Assembly (NCBI GenBank): GCA_964016885.1
Contig: OZ024741.1
Span: forward strand, 406,410,001 to 406,474,000
Direction of reading: 5' to 3'
DNA: 64,000 nt
Origin: Eledone cirrhosa
Taxonomy: Eukaryota
Under the pieces are notes generated by a model that saw only the letters and a program-made list of their open reading frames with translations, made no database searches and had not been told where the DNA came from. How positions within the stretch are numbered: position 1 is the first letter of the stretch; every line of letters starts with the position of its first letter. This document shows positions 55,946 through 64,000 of this stretch, piece after piece. Position numbers and translations under genes: made by a program.

Positions 55946-56582
55946 ATAAATGGAATAGAATGAAACGAAATTTCATTTCTCACTCTTAGTACGGCACTTA
56001 CTTAAATATAAGTATGTATGTATACGTACATACATATATGTATACAGACGTACAGTAGCATGTATATATATACATACAGGCACACACATATATATGCACG
56101 TATCAGTTTACCGAACATTTATTATAATGCTCGGTTTGTTCGTTTGTAAACAAACAAACAGCCTGAATTACGCCGTACAGTGTTTAGGCAACCACGTCAC
56201 CTTTTTGTTCAACACTGACACAGGAACGATGTACTAGTTTCAAGCTTATTAGCTATCGTCAGCACCGTATACCTTTCTGCCAAATGGTTGAACGTCCGAA
56301 AGTATATACTTTCCTTATGAAAATTAACGGCTGAGCAGCCTAATTTGCATATCGAGTGAGTTCAGTCGGCCAGGCGCACCGAAAACGATAAATGGAATAG
56401 AATGAAACGAAATTTCATTTCTCACTCTTAGTCGGCACTTACTTAAATGTAAGTATGTATGTATACGTACATACATATATGTATACAGACGTACAGTAGC
56501 ATGTATATATATACATACAGGCACACATATATATATGCACGTATCAGTTTACTGTACGTCTGTATACATATATGTATGTACA
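55946..56582 (-). mobile_element. Partial tandem (442-bp period) non-coding element with minimal hammerhead (Penelope pLTR/retrozyme-like)
   Basis: 55946-56111 is directly repeated at 56388-56552 with a hammerhead between them. A short inverted segment follows at 56551-56582. Confidence 0.75.
56226..56268 (-). ncRNA. Minimal type I hammerhead ribozyme
   Basis: ACGGTG-CTGACGA-T-AGCT aata AGCT-T-GAAA-CTAG-TA-CATCGT, with palindromic ACTAGT stem III and a GUA triplet. Confidence 0.8.
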
Positions 56583-56851
56583 CTCACACACACCCACGCA
56601 CACATACTCACACAACATACACTCACATACACATACGCTCACACACACATACACTCACACACACACTCACACATACACATACACTCACACACACATACAC
56701 ATATACTCACACACACATACACATACACTCACACACACACACACGCACATACACTCACTCACACATGCACTCACACGTACACATACACTCACACACTCTC
56801 ACACACACACTCTCTCACACACACACACACTCACACACACATACACTCACA
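56583..56851. repeat. Degenerate (CA)n tract
   Basis: Direct reading. Confidence 0.92.
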
Positions 56852-57007
56852 GATATAAACCAAAGACAACTATTAAATGGTCGACCAGGTTTGATTCTAG
56901 TCTGGGGGTTATAAAAAACCCGACAATATAAAACTGAGACGGGGCAAGATTTGAACTCAGAATTTACAGAGTACTTCAGTGTTATTTCTGACGTTTCATT
57001 TCACTCC

Positions 57008-57429
57008 TAAATAATTGTTTCTACTTTTAGCACAAGGCCAGAAATTATCCCAGTTCATTACTGGTACTTTATTTTATCGACCCCGTAAATTTGAAAGGCA
57101 AAGTTAACCTCGGCGGGATTTGAACTCAGAATAGCAAGGACCGTAACTCTATGCGTCAAAGCATGGCGTCCGACCCTCTACCGATACTGCCAATTCACCA
57201 TCAATACTAACAACTAATATAACTAATACTGCTTTGTAACTCCTGCAAACACTGATGTAATGTCATTATAATTCCTAAATAATTGTTTCTACTTTTGGCA
57301 CAAGGCCAACAGTTACCCAGTGTATTACTGGTACTTTATTTTATCGACCCCGTAAGGATGAAAGGCAAAGTTAACCTCGGCCGGATTTGAACTCAGATTG
57401 TAAAGGGACGTAACTATTCTGGAAAGCAT
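57008..57429 (-). mobile_element. Two SINE copies (57008-57195 and 5'-truncated 57277-57429)
   Basis: Reverse complement of the family consensus. Confidence 0.86.
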
Positions 57430-57619
57430 ATTACATCAGTGTTTGCCAGGAGTTACAAGCAGTATTAGTTATATTAGTTGTTAGTATTGATATATTTACA
57501 CCAATACCTGCCTTACAGCTGCCAATAGTAAATCTCTTTGCGTAGAGAACTTGTTTCTTTTCTGAAATCAATTGTCTTCACTTCTGTTCACTTCACTTAC
57601 GCTCTTAACCTCAATGATT

Positions 57620-58050
57620 TCCTCTTATTCACCTCAAGTCTTTTGACTTTAAACAGTAATCAATAATGAATATTTTAATAGATTTGTTTTCTCTACTAAA
57701 TATTTGACTTTGTCAGCCCGCTTGTGCCTCTTCTATTACAATGGTCTCTGCCCATTTTTGTTGGCTGGTTTCAAGTCCCTGTGGTAAAACAAACTCTCGG
57801 TGGAGCTGAACAGAAGGACTTTACCTTAAATCAAACACTCCTCAATTACACGTCTCTCCACTTCATCCATGCTTTGATCCCTTCTACGACCAACCTTCGT
57901 CTTCGAAACATCGGCTACCCTCTGGAACTCCCCTTTACTATGTCTTTCCAAAACGAGTGTATATGCTGCAGTTTCGGAGGAACTTCAACAGCATCGATCA
58001 TTCCAGTCTTGGAGGTCTTGAGAAAACCACGAACTTCATCCAGATCTACA
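57620..58050 (+). mobile_element. Old degenerate LINE (CR1/L2-group) 3' fragment
   Basis: Across frameshifts it reads RLCLFYYNGLC..LAG, TRLSTSS, FVFETSATLWNSP and YVFPKRV..LQFRRNFNSID. This resembles the LINE ORF2 terminus (LFYRYY.G.C...RT..LWNSLP..FP...FK). Confidence 0.62.
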
Positions 58051-58149
58051 CCAAAAAATATTCTTTCCTTTTCCGAGTAAATTAGCTGCGTAAATGAATT
58101 AAAAGGAATTCGTGAGTTTTATGTCGAATAATAATAATATTATATTCGT

Positions 58150-58222
58150 TTGTGAGTTCGATTCCTGGACCGGGCGATGCGTTATTGCCTTGAGCAAGAC
58201 ACTTTATTTCACGCTGCTCCTA
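58150..58222 (+). mobile_element. Fragment of a second SINE family
   Basis: B-box GAGTTCGATTCC followed by CCTTGAGCAAGACACTTTATTTCAC (CORE-like). Confidence 0.55.
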
Positions 58223-59473
58223 CCAGAAGTTGCGACCGATAGATAGTACTAGCAACTGGAAAGACCAACGGAAACATTGTTTTCTCGGTCCGATTTGACG
58301 AAAGTCGATCGATCCTTGCAAGCAAACAGCCTCATTACACCATGTTTTATAGATGACCATCGCCATCCTTTTGTTCTAGCAGTGACAGAGAGAAACAACC
58401 GACAGTATTGTTTCTGGGTTATTGCCCTTTGTCAACATTGTGTATCTCTCTTCTCTGTCACTCACTAGAACTCTTGAGAATATATAGTATTCTCTAAAAT
58501 ATATATCGGCTGATTAGCCTAATTTGCATATCGAGCGATTTAACGTATCTACTATGTTGGAGCGAAAACCCGAATTCTAATTTTGAATTTAAATGATTTA
58601 TCCGGTAATTGAAGTCATATCGCGAAATAAATCCCACTCGCTAAGGAATTACAACTACTACACTACCCACAACAGGTAAAACAATTGTTAATTCACACTG
58701 CACACCTGTGTAGTCATTAAAGTTCGCCCGTGTTAAAAAATATGTGTGGATCTCTTTTTTGACTTTTCAAAAGAAACCAATTTGAATTTATTAATAAATT
58801 TGTCATGAATGAATAGTTAAGTTTTGGCACGGAAATATTGAATTAGTTATATAATATCAACCAATACTTTGCATATCTTTTTAATATCCTTTCTCTGTCA
58901 GTAATCCTATACAAAGAATAAAAGCTTCTTTGTTTAGGATTGTCAATACAAAACAAAGAACCGTTTGTTCTTTAGATAATATTTTTATCATTTTTCACTC
59001 AACACAATAATTGTATATCGATATGATATGATTGCTCCAGGAGTGAATATTTTCAATATTGTGTCTGCTTCATTGGCTGTTGAGAGGCAGAGAGGATAGA
59101 ACGCTAAATGAAATATTTTGTCATATTTAGTTGATTCTTAGTAGTCCGGATATTAAAATACCCGAAAGGTCTCAGAATCGATTCAGTCGAATGTTGCACC
59201 TAATTCTCCTCCAAATATTTGGTTGTAATTATCGGTTTTGGCTCCAGGGGATTCCTGATTTATAATAAAAGGCATATCAATTTTATCTCGTCTTCGTCAG
59301 TCTCTGGGACTGTATTATCTAATATGTACAACTAATGTTTAAGAATGTAAGGTGCTATTTGAGGATAATACGGCTGCTATTTCTAGAAGGTTTATACGGA
59401 AATTTGCCCAACATAACAACTACAATTGCGCAAAGATGGTTACGATTTGCAAAACATTTCTGGCGAAGTAAGC

Positions 59474-61413
59474 AGGAAGTTATACACAAGATACTATTTT
59501 AGGAACTCATGGGAGACACAGTAGAGGTAGTTATACACAAGTTACTGTTGTGGGAACTCATGGGAGACACAGTAGAGGTAGTTATACACAAGTTACTATT
59601 TGGGAACTAAATCACGGGAGACACTGTAGAGGAAGTTATACACAAGTTACTATTGTGGGAACTCATGGGAGACACAGTAGAGGTAGTTATACACAAGTTA
59701 CTATTTGGGAACTAAATCACGGGAGACACAGTAGAGGAAGTTATACAAAAGTTACTATTGTGGGAACTCACGGGAGACACAGTAGAGGAAAATATACACA
59801 AGTTACTGTTGTGGGAACTCAGGGGAGACATAGTAGAGGAAGATATACACAAGTTACTGTTGTGGGAACTCAGGGGAGACATAGTAGAGGTAGTTATACA
59901 CAAGTTACTATTGTGGGAACTCAGGGGAGACACAGTAGAGGAAGTTATACACAAGTTACGGTTGTGGGAACTCACGGGAGACACAGTAGAGGAAGATATA
60001 CACAAGTTACTATTGTGGGAACTCAGGGGAGACACAGTAGAGGTAGTTATACACAAGTTACTATTTGGGAACTAAATCACGGGTGACACAGTAGAGGAAG
60101 TTATACAATAGTTACTATTGTGGGAACTCACGGGAGACACAGTAGAGGAAAATATACACAAGTTACTGTTGTGGGAACTCAGGGGAGACATAGTAGAGGA
60201 AGATATACACAAGTTACTGTTGTGGGAACTCAGGGGAGACATTGTAGAGGAAGTTATACACAAGTTACTATTGTGGGAACTCAGTGGAGACACAGTAGAT
60301 TAGGTTATACACAAGTTACTGTTGTGGGAACTCACGGGAGACACAGTAGAGGAAGTTATACAAAAGTTACTATTGTGGGAACTCACGGGAGACACAGTAG
60401 AGGAAAATATACACAAGTTACTGTTGTGGGAACTCAGGGGAGACATAGTAGAGGAAGATATACACAAGTTACTGTTGTGGGAACTCAGGGGAGACATAGT
60501 AGAGGTAGTTATACACAAGTTACTATTGTGGGAACTCAGGGGAGACACAGTAGAGGAAGTTATACACAAGTTACGGTTGTGGGAACTCACGGGAGACACA
60601 GTAGAGGAAGATATACACAAGTTACTATTGTGGGAACTCAGGGGAGACACAGTAGAGGTAGTTATACACAAGTTACTATTTGGGAACTAAATCACGGGTG
60701 ACACAGTAGAGGAAGTTATACAATAGTTACTATTGTGGGAACTCACGGGAGACACAGTAGAGGAAGATATACACAAGTTACTATTGTGGGAACTCAGGGG
60801 AAACACAGTAGAGGAAGTTATACACAAGTTACTGTTGTGGGAACTCAGGGGAGACGCAGTAGAGGCAGTTATACACAAGTTACTGTTGTGGGAACTCAGG
60901 GGAGACACAGTAGAGGAAGATATACACAAGTTACTATTGTGGGAACTCAGGGGAGACACAGTAGAGGAAGTTATACACAAGTTACTGTTGTGGGAACTCA
61001 GGGGAGACAGAGTAGAGGAAGTTATACACAAGTTACTATTGTGGGAACTCAGGGGAGACACAGTAGAGGAAGTTATACACAAGTTACTATTGTGGGAACT
61101 CACGGGAGACACAGTAGAGGAAGTTATACACAAGTTACTGTTGTGGGAACTCAGGGGAGACACAGTAGAGGAAGGTATACGCAAGTTACTATTGTGGGAA
61201 CTCACGGGAGACAAAGTAGAGGAAGTTATACACAAGTTACTATTGTGGGAACTCAGGGGAGACACAGTAGAGGAAGTTATACAAAAGTTACTATACACAA
61301 GTTACTGTTGTGGGAACTCACGGGAGACACAGTAGAGGAAGATATACACAAGTTACTGTTGTGGGAACTCAGGGGAGACACAGTAGAGGAAGTTATACAC
61401 AAGTTACTATTGT
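59474..61413. repeat. 51-bp minisatellite (~37 copies) with occasional 54-bp variant
   Basis: GTGGGAACTCAGGGGAGACACAGTAGAGGAAGTTATACACAAGTTACTATT. The variant GAACTAAATCAC recurs. Confidence 0.97.
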
Positions 61414-61419
61414 AGCGAA

Positions 61420-61722
61420 GACCTGCTTGAAACTTCGATCAATTCTCAGACAATAGAAACCTCAGTAGGGAGCAGTTGCTGGGAGAAACAATAGAAAATG
61501 TTGAATTGTAGAGATTTTGTGAGGAATATTTGACTGGTTGCAATGATGATGATGATTTCTAGAAAAGAGACAGCCTCGTTGCTTCGTCGTATTTCTGGTC
61601 TTATGTAAGAAATCAGTGTTATGTTTGGTTAGAGGGAGTTTGAGTTGAGAGAATAGGGAGAGAATGTGCTTCAAAAACATAAGAAAAGTTTATTTCTTCA
61701 CCACGAGGTCAAATGTTTTCAA
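61420..61722 (-). mobile_element. Possible highly degenerate LINE 3' fragment
   Basis: Weak motifs CLFSRNHHHHC and QLLPTEV resemble LFYRYYHGHC and LWNSLP.EVF, with stops and frameshifts. Confidence 0.3.
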
Positions 61723-61725
61723 CAG

Positions 61726-64000
61726 TTAGGCTATAATACATATGGACTCCAGCTGTGCCATATAATACAGGTGTGCCACAGGGTTTTGACATGGATTAGG
61801 CTATAATACATATGGACTCCAGGTGTGCCATATAATACAGGTGTGCCACAGGGTTTTCACATGGATTAGGCTATAATACATATGGACTCCAGGTGTGCCA
61901 TATAATACAGGTGTGCCACAGGGTTTTCACATGAATTAGGCTATGATACATATGGACTCCAGCTGTGCCATATAATACAGGTGTGCCACAGGGTTTTCAC
62001 ATGAATTAGGCTATGATACATATGGACTCCAGGTGTGCCATTTAATACAGGTGTGCCACAGGATTTTCACATGAATTAGGCTATGATAGATATGGACTCC
62101 AGGTGTGCCATTTAATACAGATGTGCCACAGGATTTTCACATGAATTAGGCTATGATACATATGGACTCCAGGTGTGCCATTTAATACAGGTGTGCCACA
62201 GGATTTTCACATGAATTAGGCTATGATACATATGGACTCCAGGTGTGCCATTTAATGCAGGTGTGCCACAGGATTTTCACATGAATTAGGCTATGATACA
62301 TATGGACTCCAGCTGTGCCATTTAATACAGGTGTGCCACAGGATTTTCACATGAATTAGGCTATGATACATATGGACTCCAGGTGTGCCATTTAATACAG
62401 GTGTGCCACAGGATTTTCACATGAATTAGGCTATGATACATATGGACTCCAGGTGTGCCATTTAATGCAGGTGTGCCACAGGATTTTCACACGAATTAGG
62501 CTATGATACATATGGACTCCAGGTGTGCCATTTAATGCAGGTGTGCCACAGGATTTTCACATGAATTAGGCTATGATACATATGGACTCCAGGTGTGCCA
62601 TTTAATACAGGTGTGCCACAGGATTTTCACATGAATTAGGCTATGATACATATGGACTCCAGGTGTGCCATTTAATGCAGGTGTGCCACAGGATTTTCAC
62701 ATGAATTAGGCTATGATAGATATGGACTCCAGGTGTGCCATTTAATACAGGTGTGCCACAGGATTTTCACATGAATTAGGCTATGATACATATGGACTCC
62801 AGGTGTGCCATTTAATACAGGTGTGCCACAGGATTTTCACATGAATTAGGCTATGATACATATGGACTCCAGGTGTGCCATTTAATACAGGTGTGCCACA
62901 GGATTTTCACATGAATTAGGCTATGATACATATGGACTCCAGGTGTGCCATTTAATACAGGTGTGCCACAGGATTTTCACATGAATTAGGCTATGATACA
63001 TATGGACTCCAGGTGTGCCATTTAATACAGGTGTGCCACAGGATTTTCACATGAATTAGGCTATGATACATATGGACTCCAGGTGTGCCATTTAATGCAG
63101 GTGTGCCACAGGATTTTCACATGAATTAGGCTATGAGACATATGGACTCCAGGTGTGCCATTTAATGCAGGTGTGCCACAGGATTTTCACATGAATTAGG
63201 CTATGATACATATGGACTCCAGCTGTGCCATTTAATACAGGTGTGCCACAGGATTTTCACATGAATTAGGCTATGATACATATGGACTCCAGGTGTGCCA
63301 TTTAATACAGGTGTGCCACAGGATTTTCACATGAATTAGGCTATGATACATATGGACTCCAGGTGTGCCATTTAATACAGGTGTGCCACAGGATTTTCAC
63401 ATGAATTAGGCTATGATACATATGGACTCCAGGTGTGCCATTTAATGCAGGTGTGCCACAGGATTTTCACATGAATTAGGCTATGAGACATATGGACTAC
63501 AGGTGTGCCATTTAATGCAGGTGTGCCACAGGATTTTCACATGAATTAGGCTATGATACATATGGACTCCATGTGTGCCATTTAATACAGGTGTGCCACA
63601 GGATTTTCACATGAATTAGGCTATGATACATATGGACTCCAGGTGTGCCATTTAATGCAGGTGTGCCACAGGATTTTCACATGAATTAGGCTATGATAGA
63701 TATGGACTCCAGGTGTGCCATTTAATACAGGTGTGCCACAGGATTTTCACATGAATTAGGCTATGATAGATATGGACTCCAGGTGTGCCATTTAATACAG
63801 GTGTGCCACAGGATTTTCACATGAATTAGGCTATGATAGATATGGACTCCAGGTGTGCCATTTAATACAGGTGTGCCACAGGATTTTCACATGAATTAGG
63901 CTATGATAGATATGGACTCCAGGTGTGCCATTTAATACAGGTGTGCCACAGGATTTTCACATGAATTAGGCTATGATAGATATGGACTCCAGGTGTGCCA
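61726..64000. repeat. 70-bp satellite (runs off the window end)
   Basis: ATGAATTAGGCTATGATACATATGGACTCCAGGTGTGCCATTTAATACAGGTGTGCCACAGGATTTTCAC, ~32 copies, with an internal CAGGTGTGCCA duplication. Confidence 0.99.

Noticed and set aside
51266-56931. Cys/Val-, His/Thr- and Ile/Tyr-rich ORFs
   Set aside because: Translations of TG, CA, TA and GA microsatellites.
57915-58085. Minus-strand terminal exon candidate (..TTTACGCAG|LIYSEKERIFFG...) and plus ORF 57724-58080
   Set aside because: The region is better explained as a degenerate plus-strand LINE 3' end, and no partner exons were found.
59230-59305. Hammerhead candidate from minus-strand CTGACGA
   Set aside because: No properly placed stem II-GAAA or closing stems were found.

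Overview
This is eukaryotic, AT-rich, repeat-dominated DNA. The SINE family and the dense (TA)n/(GA)n/(TG)n tracts resemble cephalopod (octopod) genomes, which is an inference. No host protein-coding gene can be supported. About 70% of the window is tandem arrays: a 31-kb 56-bp satellite with multi-kb internal duplications, plus arrays with 42, 40, 18/17, 25/50, ~62, 51 and 70-bp units. Between them lie a Penelope-like GIY-YIG endonuclease fragment, CR1/Jockey-group LINE 3' fragments, an internally deleted RTE element, ~12 tRNA-type SINE copies and a hAT MITE. The most notable hidden signal is RNA-structural. There are five complete type-I hammerhead ribozyme folds from four sequence families, two further related cores and one half-hammerhead palindrome, all in short elements beside (TA)n tracts and often with fold-back inversions. 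There is also an HDV-like ribozyme fold at the 5' end of the RTE derivative. All folds were read by eye and are untested. Almost all long ORFs in the track are repeat artefacts.
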